Positions 20,769 to 30,740 of a stretch of 64,000 bases of DNA are shown here, one piece after another. Position numbers and translations under genes: made by a program. The notes under the pieces were generated by a model. The model was given only the letters and a program-made list of their open reading frames with translations, searched no databases and was not told the origin of the DNA. Positions within the stretch are counted from its first letter, which is position 1, and each line of letters starts with the position of its first letter. Source of the stretch: Halorarum halobium (lineage in GTDB: Archaea > Halobacteriota > Halobacteria > Halobacteriales > Haloferacaceae); contig NZ_CP134949.1 of the NCBI RefSeq assembly GCF_032116555.1, positions 992,001-1,056,000 on the forward strand. The letters run 5' to 3'.

Positions 20769-21901
20769 GCGGGAACGAGTCGGGGACGGCGACCGTGCTC
20801 CGTGACTGGGTCGCAGGCCTGGGAATCCGGTTCGCCATCGGGCTCGCGGCGCTGGCCGCGTTCGCGCTCGTGGTCGTCGCGGGGGTGCTCCTGCCGGGGA
20901 CGACGCTCGGTCGCTTCGTGGACGTGCTGTTCGCCAACACGACGATGTCGGCGGCGCTCCGGCTCTCGGTGCCGATCGCGTTCGCGGCGCTCGGTGGCAT
21001 CTTCGCCGAGAAGTCCGGCGTCATCAACATCGGGCTCGAGGGGCTGCTCATCATCTCGGCGTTCGCCGGCGTGTACGCCACCGACATCACGGGGAGCGTC
21101 TGGCTCGGGCTCGGCGGCGGCATCGTCGCCTCCGCGCTGCTCGCGCTGCTGTTCGCGGTCGTCTGCATCGAGTTCCGGGCCGACCAGATCATCGCCGGGC
21201 TCGCGGTGTGGCTCATCGCGCTGGGGCTCGCGCCGTTCCTCTCGCAGGTCGTCTACGGCAGCACGAACACGGATAGCGTCGCCACGTTCCGGAGCCTGCC
21301 GCGCATCCTCGCCGAGAGCGGGGTCCCGGTGCTCTCGACCTCGTTCGTCGACTTCCTCGCTTGGGGCGCGGGCCTCCCCGTCGTGGGCGCGCTGTTCGAC
21401 GCCTCGCCGATGGTGTATCTCATGTTCGTCGCGGTCGCGGCCTCGTGGTGGGCGCTGAACCGGACGACGTTCGGCCGCCACGTCCGCGCGTCGGGCGAGA
21501 ACCCGAAGGCGCTCGACACGGCGGGCGTGAACGTCTCGCTCGTCCGGTATAAGGCGGTCGTGCTCTCGGGCGTGCTCGCGGGCATCGGCGGGGCGGCGCT
21601 CGCGCTCTCGCTCGGGCAGTTCACCGGCAACGGGCCGACGATGGTGAACGGCAAGGGGTTCATCGCCATCGTGGCGTTCCTGTTCGGCAACTACAACCCG
21701 GTCGGCGCGCTGCTCTCGACGATGCTGTTCGCCGGCCTCGACGCGCTCCAGCTCACCCTGCAGGCGCGGGACATCTTCGCCGTCCCCGCCGAACTGGTGC
21801 GGACGGTGCCGTACGTGACCGTCATCGTCGTGCTCGCGCTGTTCGGCCGGACGCGCATCCCCGAGGCCGCCGGCGACCACTACGAGTCCGGCGAGGAGTA
21901 G
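20765..21901 (+). CDS. ABC transporter permease (nucleoside type)
   Basis: EKSGVINIGLEG, RASGENP, GKGFIAI. Confidence 0.93.
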   Translation: MSGNESGTATVLRDWVAGLGIRFAIGLAALAAFALVVVAGVLLPGTTLGRFVDVLFANTTMSAALRLSVPIAFAALGGIFAEKSGVINIGLEGLLIISAFAGVYATDITGSVWLGLGGGIVASALLALLFAVVCIEFRADQIIAGLAVWLIALGLAPFLSQVVYGSTNTDSVATFRSLPRILAESGVPVLSTSFVDFLAWGAGLPVVGALFDASPMVYLMFVAVAASWWALNRTTFGRHVRASGENPKALDTAGVNVSLVRYKAVVLSGVLAGIGGAALALSLGQFTGNGPTMVNGKGFIAIVAFLFGNYNPVGALLSTMLFAGLDALQLTLQARDIFAVPAELVRTVPYVTVIVVLALFGRTRIPEAAGDHYESGEE

Positions 21902-22018
21902 CCGCGGAACCGCATTTCGTCTCACCTTCTCCGACGGACGAACGCCGTTAGGTCGCTTTCGACGGCCTGCCGATTTCCCGGCGACGCGTCCGAAATCGCA
22001 CCTGCGACGCGCAATCCC

Positions 22019-22130
22019 GACTACCGACGGCGATACCGCGGTAGTCCGACCGCGGCGACCCCCGAAGCCCGCAGAGCGACGCTCGGCCGACTTCCGGCGG
22101 GTGGGACTGAAAGGGGCCGCGGGGGCTTTC
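22019..22130 (+). repeat. Palindromic intergenic repeat, family A (short copy)
   Basis: GACTACC...GGTAGTC hairpin then GCTCGGCCGACTTCCGGCGGGTGGGACTGAAAGGGGCCGCGGGGGCTTTC; matches the reverse complement of 32560-32740. Confidence 0.75.
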
Positions 22131-22232
22131 GCGGTCTGTACCACGATGGTCCCGGATGCGACCCAACCAAACCGGCATCGGCGGCGTTCAGGGAATAAAG
22201 AGTAAAGGCGCGCCGCGAGGGAGTTCCGCCCA

Positions 22233-23603
22233 ATGACCACCTACGAGCCCGACGTCGCTGTCGTCGGCGCGGGTACCGCGGGCTGTTATGCGGCCGCGAC
22301 GGCGGCGGAGGCCGGCCTCGACATCGTCGTCGTCGAGCGGAAGGACGAGGAGGAGGCGGGCCACATCGCCTGCGGCGACGCGCTCAAGGGCGCGGACGCG
22401 TTCCCGGAGGCGATCCCGAAGGAAACCATCGAACCGGCGTTCACGAACACGGGCGTCACGCACGGTCGGTTCGAGATCCCGAGCGAGGACACGATCCTCG
22501 AGATCCCCGTGCCGGGCGAACTCGCGGTGCTGGACCGCTGGGAGTACGGGCGTCGCATCATCCGGGGGGCCGCGGAGACGGGCGTCGAGTTCCACTACGA
22601 CACCGTCGTCCAGGACGTGGTCCAGGACGACGCGGGGCGCGTCGAGGGCGTCCGCGGGAAACGGAAGGGCGAGCCGGTCGAGTACGACGCGGAGGTCGTC
22701 ATCGACGCAGCGGGGTCGCTGTCGATCCTCCAGGACAAGGCCGACCTCTCGGGGGCGACGTTCGACACGAACGTCTCCTTCTCGCAGTTCTGCTCGGCCT
22801 ACCGCGAGGTCGTCGAGGTCCAAGAGCCCGTCGAGTGGACCGACGCGTTGGTGTTCAAGCCCACCACGACGGCCGCGGGCTACGTCTGGTACTTCCCGCG
22901 GACGAGCACCGAGATCAACGCCGGCCTCGGCTTCCAGATGACCGAGGAGCCGATGAAGCTCGTCGAGGACCTGAAGGCGGACCTCCGCAACCGCGCGGAG
23001 TTCGCGGGCGCGACCGTGAAGGACAAGCTCGGCGCGGCGCTCCCGACCCGCCGGCCGTACGACTCGGCGGTCGCGCCGGGCTTCGTCGCCGTCGGCGACG
23101 CGGCGGGCCACGTCAACCCGACCACCGGCGGCGGCATCGCGGGCGCGGCTTACGCCGGGAAGTACGCCGCCGAGCAGGCCGTGAAAGCCATCTCGGACGG
23201 CGACACCTCAGAGGAGGCGCTCTGGCACTACAACGAGCGCGTGATGGACCACTTCGGCGGCCGCTACGCCGGTCTGGACGTGTACAACATCCTCGCCACC
23301 GCGGTGGACGTGGACGACCTGATGGGCCTGCTCGCCTCACTGCCGGGCGAGAAGCTCGCCGAGGCGCTCTACTCGGGCAAGACGTCGATGGGCTGGCGAC
23401 TGAAGCTCCGGACGGCCATCGACAGCTTCGGCCACTGGCGACAGATCAGGGAGTTCTACGAGGTGAAGGGCTACGCCGAGGACCTCATCGAGCACTACGA
23501 CCGGTACCCGACCAAGCCGGCGGCGCTCGCGGGCTGGCAGGACCAGCGCGACGACCTGATGGAGGACGTGTACGCGGCGACGGGCGCGGATCCGAAGTAC
23601 TAG
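22233..23603 (+). CDS. Geranylgeranyl reductase family flavoprotein (archaeal lipid saturation)
   Basis: GAGTAG FAD motif, IACGDAL, GYVWYFP, VGDAAGHVNPTTGGGI. Confidence 0.9.
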   Translation: MTTYEPDVAVVGAGTAGCYAAATAAEAGLDIVVVERKDEEEAGHIACGDALKGADAFPEAIPKETIEPAFTNTGVTHGRFEIPSEDTILEIPVPGELAVLDRWEYGRRIIRGAAETGVEFHYDTVVQDVVQDDAGRVEGVRGKRKGEPVEYDAEVVIDAAGSLSILQDKADLSGATFDTNVSFSQFCSAYREVVEVQEPVEWTDALVFKPTTTAAGYVWYFPRTSTEINAGLGFQMTEEPMKLVEDLKADLRNRAEFAGATVKDKLGAALPTRRPYDSAVAPGFVAVGDAAGHVNPTTGGGIAGAAYAGKYAAEQAVKAISDGDTSEEALWHYNERVMDHFGGRYAGLDVYNILATAVDVDDLMGLLASLPGEKLAEALYSGKTSMGWRLKLRTAIDSFGHWRQIREFYEVKGYAEDLIEHYDRYPTKPAALAGWQDQRDDLMEDVYAATGADPKY

Positions 23604-23606
23604 ACC

Positions 23607-23671
23607 ACGAACCTCTTTTGACGGGGGTCCTCCTCGCTCGGTCGGCCTGCGGCCTCCCGTGCTCGTGGTAC
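23607..23671 (+). repeat. Intergenic repeat, family B (internally deleted copy)
   Basis: ACGAACCTCTTTTGACGGGGGTCCTCCTCGCTCGGTCGGC...GCCTCCCGTGCTCGTGGTAC; ends shared with the copies at 30543 and 42409. Confidence 0.7.
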
Positions 23672-23831
23672 TGACGCTAATGGTTACCGCAACCGGCTGT
23701 CCGGGTCTCGTCTCTCGGGGGATTTCGTCTTCAGCTACCCCGGTTGGAACCTCACGGAGTACGAATTGATTCCGAGGGCGGACCGATCCCAATGGGAACA
23801 CGCCTTCAGGTTCTGGAACGAACAGGTCGGT

Positions 23832-24020
23832 ATGGAGTCACGACGGAGCCTCTACGCGGCCGGGTTCGTGGGCCCCTCGATATCGTACATCTTCAACGTC
23901 CTGGCGTTCACCGGGCAGTTCGACGTGGGCCAGTGGGCCGTGTTCGCGGCGCTGTTCCTCGCCGTGTTCTTCGGCTTCGAGAAGTTCATGGAGTGGGCCG
24001 AGACGCTCGAACCCGCCTGA
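23832..24020 (+). CDS. Small two-TM membrane protein
   Basis: 62 aa MESRRSLYAAGFVGPSISYIFNVLAF..., typical codon usage. Confidence 0.7.
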   Translation: MESRRSLYAAGFVGPSISYIFNVLAFTGQFDVGQWAVFAALFLAVFFGFEKFMEWAETLEPA

Positions 24021-24021
24021 C

Positions 24022-25305
24022 TCAGGGTCGCCGCTTCGCCGCTTCCAGCACCGCCTTCGAGAGCACCTCGACGCCGATGTCGAGCGACTCCTCGTCCACG
24101 TCGAACGTGCTCGTGTGGTGGCCGCCGGGGTGGTCCGTGCCGATGCCGACGTACGTGGCGTAGCCGCCGTTGTTCTGGACCGCCTGCATGAGGAACGTCG
24201 CGTCCTCGCTGCCGCCGAGTTCGTCGCGGACGGGCACCGACTCCACGCCGGACACGCCGTCGGCGACGTCGGCGACGACGTCGACGAGTTCCTGGTCCGA
24301 GGTGGCCGAGGGTGCACGCCCCAGGCGCTCGGTCTCGACCTCGACCTCGTGCATGTCGGCCGCGGACCGGAGGACAGTCTCGGCCTTCCCGTCCATGAAC
24401 TCCATGAGGTCGGTCGTCTCGCCGCGCACCTCGCCCTCGATGAACGACTCCTCCGGGATGATGTTCGTCGCCGTCCCGCCGCCGACGAGGCCGGCGTTCA
24501 CCCGCGTCGCGCCGTCGTGGTGGCGCGGGATGGCGTAGAGGTTCTGGATGGCCGCCGCCATCGCCTGCACCGAGTTCTTCCCCTCCTCCGGGTGGCCGCC
24601 CGCGTGGGCCGGTTCGCCCGAGAACTCCGCGCGGAAGTGCGAGACCGCGAGGAAGCCGTCGACGCCCGCGACGACCTCGCCGGTCGGGTGGTCGAGGCCG
24701 ACGTGGGCGGCGATGAGATACTCCACGTCCGCGATCAGTTCCGAGTTCGCCATCGGCTCGCCGCCGACGATCTGCTCCTCGCCCGGCTGGAAGAACACCT
24801 TCAGCGTGCCCTCGAAGTCGGAGTCGAGCACCTCGTCGATGGCTCCCAGACCGAACGTCGCGTGGGCGTCGTGACCGCAGGCGTGCATCCAGCCCTCGTT
24901 CTCCGAGCGGAACGGCTCCGCCGCGTCGGCGGGCGCGTGGTCGGCGTCGGCCTCCTGGATGGGGAGCGCGTCGATGTCGACCCGGAGGCCGACGACGGGC
25001 CCCTCGCCGCGGCGGACCACCGCGACCGCGCCGGTGTAGCCGCCCTCCAGTTCCGCGAGGATTTCCTCGCGCGCGCCGGCCGCCTTCGCGCGCTCGAACC
25101 ACTCACCGAGTTCGTCGTCGTCGGGGACGTTCATCCGCTCGGAGCCGAGGATCTCCGGGCCGTAGTGGATCTCGTCCACGTCGCGTTTCTCCAGTTCCTC
25201 GACGATCCGGGCGGTCGTGTAGAACTCGCACCACGCCGGCTCGGGGTGGCGGTGGAGGTCACGTCGGAACGAGACGAGCTCGTCGTGTTCGACTGCGAGG
25301 CTCAT
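24022..25305 (-). CDS. M20D family amidohydrolase (AbgA/hippurate hydrolase-like)
   Basis: RRDLHRHPE, RVDIDALP, MHACGHDAH, FQPGEE, GSED, GHHTSTFD. Confidence 0.93.
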   Translation of the reverse strand: MSLAVEHDELVSFRRDLHRHPEPAWCEFYTTARIVEELEKRDVDEIHYGPEILGSERMNVPDDDELGEWFERAKAAGAREEILAELEGGYTGAVAVVRRGEGPVVGLRVDIDALPIQEADADHAPADAAEPFRSENEGWMHACGHDAHATFGLGAIDEVLDSDFEGTLKVFFQPGEEQIVGGEPMANSELIADVEYLIAAHVGLDHPTGEVVAGVDGFLAVSHFRAEFSGEPAHAGGHPEEGKNSVQAMAAAIQNLYAIPRHHDGATRVNAGLVGGGTATNIIPEESFIEGEVRGETTDLMEFMDGKAETVLRSAADMHEVEVETERLGRAPSATSDQELVDVVADVADGVSGVESVPVRDELGGSEDATFLMQAVQNNGGYATYVGIGTDHPGGHHTSTFDVDEESLDIGVEVLSKAVLEAAKRRP

Positions 25306-25459
25306 GATCGCCGTTTCGTGGGAGAGGGGATAAATGGCCACCTCGCGGCGACGTGGACCGTCGGCGCGGGTTCAGTCGGCCGGGCGCCACTCGGCCGCTG
25401 GCGGTCGCTCCGGGCTTCTCGTTCGGAGGTTCTCATCGGGGGTCCTCATCCGGGGCTCC

Positions 25460-25912
25460 TCATTCGGGGGCGCTCCCCTCCTCGTCTTCGCGCAGTCTGA
25501 CCGTCAGTACGGGCTGGTTGGCCGAGCGGACGACGCGTTCGCTGACGCTCCCGAGCAGGTAGCGGTCGATGCCCGTGCGGCCGTGCGTCCCCATCGTGAT
25601 GAGGTCGATGCCCTCCCGGTCGGCGTACTCGAGGATGGAGCGGAACGGCGTCCCGGAGACGACGGACTCGACGACTGGGACGTCGGCGTCGGTTCCCGAC
25701 GCGGCGATGCGATCCACGGCGTCCTCGCCCTCCCGCCCGAGCGCCTCGGAGACGATCTGGCTGCCGGCGTCCAGCGATGAGTAGGCCGTCGAGTCGACGA
25801 CGTACAGCGCGTGGAGCGTGGCGTCGAACCGGTCCGCGAGCGTCACCGCGTGCTCGATGGCGGCGTCCGCGGCTCGACTCCCGTCGGTCGGCACGAGGAT
25901 GTCCTCGTACAT
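25460..25912 (-). CDS. Universal stress protein
   Basis: ILVPTDGS, MGTHGRTG...LLGSVSERVVR. Confidence 0.95.
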   Translation of the reverse strand: MYEDILVPTDGSRAADAAIEHAVTLADRFDATLHALYVVDSTAYSSLDAGSQIVSEALGREGEDAVDRIAASGTDADVPVVESVVSGTPFRSILEYADREGIDLITMGTHGRTGIDRYLLGSVSERVVRSANQPVLTVRLREDEEGSAPE

Positions 25913-25963
25913 GTGGGAACTGTTCGCACGGGCGGGACCTAAAGCCGACGGGCGATCAGGGAG

Positions 25964-26281
25964 TCAGTTCGAGTCCGACCCGGCGGACGGGTCCTGCTCG
26001 GGCGCGGTTTCGGCCCCGTCGGCCTCCCTGATGGCGTCCTCACACCGTCGGAGCCCCTCGTAGCGGTCGTCCTCCGACTCGACGGCGACGCTTTCGGCGA
26101 CCTCCCACGCGCCGCCGAGGAAGCGGAGCCCCTTCACCCAGTCGTCGGTGGCGAGCAGCAGCCCCTCGGTCGGCCCGGACTCCTCCAGGGCGATGGCGAG
26201 CCTGACCGGGTCGGCCCTGTTCAGCTTCGCCACTTCGGCTTCCGAGAGCGGGCGGCCGGGGAGCGCGGCGACGAGTGACAT
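25964..26281 (-). CDS. Hypothetical protein
   Basis: 105 aa acidic ORF in line with the USP gene. Confidence 0.7.
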   Translation of the reverse strand: MSLVAALPGRPLSEAEVAKLNRADPVRLAIALEESGPTEGLLLATDDWVKGLRFLGGAWEVAESVAVESEDDRYEGLRRCEDAIREADGAETAPEQDPSAGSDSN

Positions 26282-26545
26282 GGCGTCTCGTGTGTCGACT
26301 CGGGGGCGTCCGGAAAGAGGATGTCGAAGCGACCGGACGAGCCACGGTCACGACCCGTTCGGTTCTCCGAGCGGACACGACTGACCGAGTCGAACTCGAA
26401 GTGGGGCTACCTCGAGCAGGAGGACAGAGTGACTCCTCGGAGGACTCGTCCCGTCGCGGACGCGGCTCCGGCGGCCCCGACCGGCGACCGTCGGCGGCAG
26501 TTCCCCGACCGGGACGGTGAAGTGCCGTGGGTCCCCAGCCCATCC

Positions 26546-28210
26546 ATGGACTCCGTGGCGCTGGCGATGCGGGCGGCCGTCGTCCTCGCCGCGCTCGTCG
26601 CGTCCGTCGGCGTCGCCCTGCTCGAACGGAAACGCGGGGGAGACGCGCCGGGGCTCGGGACGCTCCTCCGGCGGCGGTTCGTCCTCGGCGTTCCCTGGGG
26701 GACGCTGACGACGGCCGCGCTCGTGCTGGCCGTCTACCTCTTCGTGCAGGGGGGCTTTGGTCACTGGTACTCGCCCGTCGTGTTGCCGTTCCGCGCGTGG
26801 TCGTATCTCGCCCCGCTTGGCGTGCTGTTTGCCGGCCTCTCCCACGTCGGCCCCGGACATCTGCTGGGCAACCTGATGGGGACGCTCGTGCTCGCGCCGC
26901 TCGCGGAGTACGCGTTCGGGCACTACGCCGCCGGGCGCGGCGAGTCGACGTTCGGGTCGCCCCGCCGGAACCCGTACGTCAGAGCGTTCCTGGTCTTCCC
27001 CGCCATCGCGGTGCTGCTCGCGCTGGTCTCGGCCGCCTTCTCGCTCGGCGCGGTCATCGGCTTCTCGGGCGTCGTGTTCTCCTTTGCGGGCGTCGCGCTG
27101 CTGTACTACCCGCTGGCGACCGTGATCGCGCTCTCGGCGACGAGCGCGCTGAACCTCGCGTACCAGTCGCTCCGGCAGCCGATCGTCGTCGCGTCGAGCA
27201 GGCCGGCGTACGTCTCGCCGGGCTGGGCGGACGTCGCGATCCAGGGCCACGCGCTCGGCCTGCTGGCGGGCGTCCTGCTCGCCGCGACGCTCGCTTCGCG
27301 CCGCGGCGACGACCTCCCCAGACCGCGGCGGCTGCTGGTGGGCGCGCTGCTGGTCGGGGTCGCACAGTCGCTCTGGGCGGTGTACTGGTACCGCGGGGCC
27401 GAGACGTTCGTGCTCTACCGGGCGGTCGGGCTCGCGCTCGTGCTGCTGTTCGCCGTGCTGCTCGCGGCGCTCACGGTCGGGGAGTGGGAGCCGGTCACGC
27501 TCCGCCCCGCACGGACCTTCGTCCGGACGCTGACCGCCCAGAACGCCGCGGTGCTGTGTCTGGTCGTCGTCACCGCGGCGCTCGCGGGACCGGCGGTGCC
27601 GGTGAACCTCACGACCGTCGGCGACGAGCCGCTCCCGGGCGAGCCCGTCGAGGTTCGCGGCTACAGCGTGACGTACGCCGAGAACGTCGAGAACGGGATG
27701 GTGTCGGTCGTCGACGTCGAGGCGTTCGGCGAGACGACGAGCGTGAACACGTCGGGCGTCGTCGTTCGCAACCCCGACAGGGGGATCTGGATGACGGAGA
27801 CCACGAAGGGGCGGCTGGCGTTCTCGGGCCGGTCGCGCGTGGTGCTGGGCGGGCTCGGCTGGCGGGAGACGGTCGTCGCGGATCGTGAGGGCTACACCGC
27901 GGTCGGCGGCGGCACCGCCTATCGGGTGACGCTCGAACACGACGGGCGGGAGCGGGTCGCCTACACCTCCCCCCCGGCCACGGCGGAACCGTACATCGCG
28001 GGCCGGAACGTCTCCGTCCTGGTGAACGAGTCGTCGTTCTCGCTCGCGGTCAAACGGGACGAGGAGATCGCTCACGCGCCGATCCCCGGCGAGAACGAGA
28101 CGGTGACCGCGGCCGGGCTCTCGTTCGTCAGGGACGGCAACGCGGTGTTCGCGCTCACGGCGGACAACGCGACGAGGGTGCGGGTGGCGAGCAGGGAGAC
28201 GTACAATTAG
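26546..28210 (+). CDS. Rhomboid family intramembrane serine protease with C-terminal extracellular extension
   Basis: HLLGN, catalytic GFSG, QGHALG His; many TM segments; ATG at 26546. Confidence 0.88.
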   Translation: MDSVALAMRAAVVLAALVASVGVALLERKRGGDAPGLGTLLRRRFVLGVPWGTLTTAALVLAVYLFVQGGFGHWYSPVVLPFRAWSYLAPLGVLFAGLSHVGPGHLLGNLMGTLVLAPLAEYAFGHYAAGRGESTFGSPRRNPYVRAFLVFPAIAVLLALVSAAFSLGAVIGFSGVVFSFAGVALLYYPLATVIALSATSALNLAYQSLRQPIVVASSRPAYVSPGWADVAIQGHALGLLAGVLLAATLASRRGDDLPRPRRLLVGALLVGVAQSLWAVYWYRGAETFVLYRAVGLALVLLFAVLLAALTVGEWEPVTLRPARTFVRTLTAQNAAVLCLVVVTAALAGPAVPVNLTTVGDEPLPGEPVEVRGYSVTYAENVENGMVSVVDVEAFGETTSVNTSGVVVRNPDRGIWMTETTKGRLAFSGRSRVVLGGLGWRETVVADREGYTAVGGGTAYRVTLEHDGRERVAYTSPPATAEPYIAGRNVSVLVNESSFSLAVKRDEEIAHAPIPGENETVTAAGLSFVRDGNAVFALTADNATRVRVASRETYN

Positions 28211-28248
28211 GCGCTGGTAATCGCGGGAGGGAAGCGATCTCCGGGCGA

Positions 28249-28881
28249 CTACCCCCACTCGATCCGGAACGCCTCGGCGTCCAGATCGCGGCGCTCCTCG
28301 TCGTGGTGGTCGAACTGGTGGTCGAGTTCGAACGTCGCCCGGAAGGCGTCGGTGACCTCGCCGCCGGCGTCGGAGGCGAACGACTCGACGAACTCGCGGC
28401 TGCCGGCGTTGTGCAGCGAGTAGGAGACGTCAGCGAACGACGAGACCGCGTCGAGGAACCGCCTGTCGGCGTGTTCGTTGCCCGACTGTGCGCCGAACGG
28501 CGGGTTCATGAGGACGGTCACCGGGCCGGCAGTCGAGGGATCGAGGCGAAGCGGCGCGCGGGTGGCGTCGGCGTGGATCCAGTCGACGGTCGTCCGGGCG
28601 CCGACCCGGCGCTCGTTGTCGCGGGCGACCGCGAGCGCGTCCCGGTCGAGTTCGACGCCGACGACGCGGGCCGCGCCGCGCAGGGCCGCGCCGAGCGCCA
28701 ACATGCCGGTTCCGGCGCCGAGATCGACCACCGTCCGTCCGGCGACGTCGCCCCGGAGGTCCGCGAGGTGGACGACGTGGGCCGCGAGGTCCGGCGGCGT
28801 GGGGTACTGTTCGAGCGCGGCCGTCGGGTCGGTGAACCCGGCGACGACCGCGAGCCGTCCTTCGAGCGCCCGCTTACTCAC
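28249..28881 (-). CDS. METTL5-like N6-adenine RNA methyltransferase
   Basis: LEQYPTP, DLGAGTG, NPPF. Confidence 0.9.
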   Translation of the reverse strand: MSKRALEGRLAVVAGFTDPTAALEQYPTPPDLAAHVVHLADLRGDVAGRTVVDLGAGTGMLALGAALRGAARVVGVELDRDALAVARDNERRVGARTTVDWIHADATRAPLRLDPSTAGPVTVLMNPPFGAQSGNEHADRRFLDAVSSFADVSYSLHNAGSREFVESFASDAGGEVTDAFRATFELDHQFDHHDEERRDLDAEAFRIEWG

Positions 28882-29278
28882 GGTCGAGGCTGACGGGCCC
28901 CTCCACCGTGAGCGTGACGCCTTCGCGTTCTGCCCGCTCGGCGAGCGCGGCGAGCGCGGGTTCGACCTTCGACGGCTCGGCGACGTCGTCGGCGACGACC
29001 GTCAGGCGGCTCGCGCCGAGGAACGACGCCGCGCGGACGAACCCGCGGAGCCGGTTCGCCTCCGACTGCGTCTCGATGGAACAGTCCGCCGAGAAACAGG
29101 CCGACACCCGGAGGCCGGCGGGGAGATACCCTTCCTCGGCCAGGTCCGCCTTCAGGTCGTGCAGGTACTCGGGCCCCGTCGAATCCAGGGATTCGCCCGA
29201 CAGCGTCACCGGTTCGACGTCCGCAGGCTCGCTCGAGGCCACCGCCCGTTCCACGCTCGCCTTCGCGCTCGTGCTCAT
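28874..29278 (-). CDS. Conserved hypothetical protein
   Basis: 134 aa acidic ORF overlapping the methyltransferase start. Confidence 0.75.
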   Translation of the reverse strand: MSTSAKASVERAVASSEPADVEPVTLSGESLDSTGPEYLHDLKADLAEEGYLPAGLRVSACFSADCSIETQSEANRLRGFVRAASFLGASRLTVVADDVAEPSKVEPALAALAERAEREGVTLTVEGPVSLDRE

Positions 29279-29554
29279 GGTACCCGGATAGACGCCGATA
29301 ATACAAAACACTTTGTAAATGCTCGATAGTAATGCCGGCGCGCTGAACGCGACGCGTTGCCTCCACCGAAACCCTCCTGGGGGTTGCGAGCGGATCACGC
29401 GCGAGGGCGACTCACACCAAAACTGTGGACAGACGACATGTCGAGGCGAAAAACCGGTGATATGACTATCGGTTCCCTCCTCGGGTGAAACGCGCGTCAA
29501 ACCGGTCCTGTCGGGCCCCCCGGCGAGAATCGGGTTCCCAATCGCCGCCAAAGG

Positions 29555-29562
29555 TTTTTATA
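29555..29562 (+). promoter_or_regulatory. BRE/TATA of leaderless tfb
   Basis: CAAAGG-TTTTTATA about 24-31 nt upstream of ATG 29586. Confidence 0.65.
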
Positions 29563-29585
29563 CTGTCGTCACCACAAGCCTTATA

Positions 29586-30542
29586 ATGGAAGGTCCGAGT
29601 CGACAGCGCCAGCGAGAAGCGGGTGAGTCGGAGCAGCAGTCGGACGAGAGCGTCTCCTGTCCGGAGTGTGAGTCGGAGGACGTGATCATGGAGGCCGACC
29701 AGGGTGAGCTCGTCTGCAACGACTGCGGACTCGTGCTCGACGAGCGCCAGATCGACCGCGGGCCGGAGTGGCGCGCGTTCAACCACTCCGAGCGGCAGTC
29801 GAAGTCCCGCGTCGGCGCGCCGGTCACGGAGACGATGCACGACAAGGGGCTGACGACGACGATCGACTGGAAGGACAAGGACGCGTACGGCCGGTCCCTC
29901 TCCTCGGAGAAGCGCTCCCAGATGCACCGGCTGCGCAAGTGGCAAGAGCGGATCCGCACGAAGGACGCGGGCGAGCGGAACCTGCAGTTCGCGCTCTCGG
30001 AGATCGACCGGATGGCCTCCGCGCTCGGCGTTCCCCGGAGCGTCCGGGAGGTCGCGTCGGTCATCTACCGGCGCGCGCTGAAGGAGGACCTCATCCGCGG
30101 CCGCTCCATCGAGGGCGTCGCCACGGCCGCGCTCTATGCGGCCTGCCGGCAGGAGGGCATCCCGCGCTCGCTCGACGAGGTCGCGGAGGTCTCGCGCGTC
30201 GAGCAGAAGGAGATCGGCCGAACCTATCGCTACATTTCCCAGGAGCTCGGCCTCGAACTGAAACCGGTCGACCCAAAGCAGTTCGTCCCGCGCTTCGCCT
30301 CCGCGCTCGGCCTCTCGGAGGAGACGCAGGCGAAGGCGACCGAGATCATCGACGTCTCCGCCGAGCAGGGACTGCTCTCGGGCAAGTCCCCGACCGGCTT
30401 CGCCGCGGCGGCCATCTACGCCGCCTCCCTGCTCTGCAACGAGAAGAAGACCCAGCGCGAGGTCGCCGACGTCGCCCAGGTGACCGAGGTCACCATCCGC
30501 AACCGCTACCAGGAGCAGATCGAGGCGATGGGCTTCCGGTAG
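29586..30542 (+). CDS. tfb: Transcription initiation factor IIB
   Basis: Zn ribbon CPEC...CNDCG, GPEWRAF, two cyclin repeats, VTIRNRY. Confidence 0.97.
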   Translation: MEGPSRQRQREAGESEQQSDESVSCPECESEDVIMEADQGELVCNDCGLVLDERQIDRGPEWRAFNHSERQSKSRVGAPVTETMHDKGLTTTIDWKDKDAYGRSLSSEKRSQMHRLRKWQERIRTKDAGERNLQFALSEIDRMASALGVPRSVREVASVIYRRALKEDLIRGRSIEGVATAALYAACRQEGIPRSLDEVAEVSRVEQKEIGRTYRYISQELGLELKPVDPKQFVPRFASALGLSEETQAKATEIIDVSAEQGLLSGKSPTGFAAAAIYAASLLCNEKKTQREVADVAQVTEVTIRNRYQEQIEAMGFR

Positions 30543-30740
30543 ACGAACCTCTTTTTCGGGGGTCCTCCTCTCGCGGGCCGGCGGAGCCGGTCCGCGTTCG
30601 TCGAACCTCCGAAATCCGTTCATGCCGTGGGATTCCTTCGAAATTCCACTGCTGACGGGAAATCGAAGATTTCCCGTTCATGCCAAAACGCCGCGACCCA
30701 CGTCGGCGCGGCTCCGCCGCGCCTCCCTCGCTCGCGGTAC
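30543..30740 (+). repeat. Intergenic repeat, family B, with nested 47-bp palindromic insert
   Basis: ACGAACCTCTTTTTCGGGGG...CCGTTCATGCC[insert]CCGTTCATGCCAAAACGCCG...GCCTCCCTCGCTCGCGGTAC. Confidence 0.8.
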
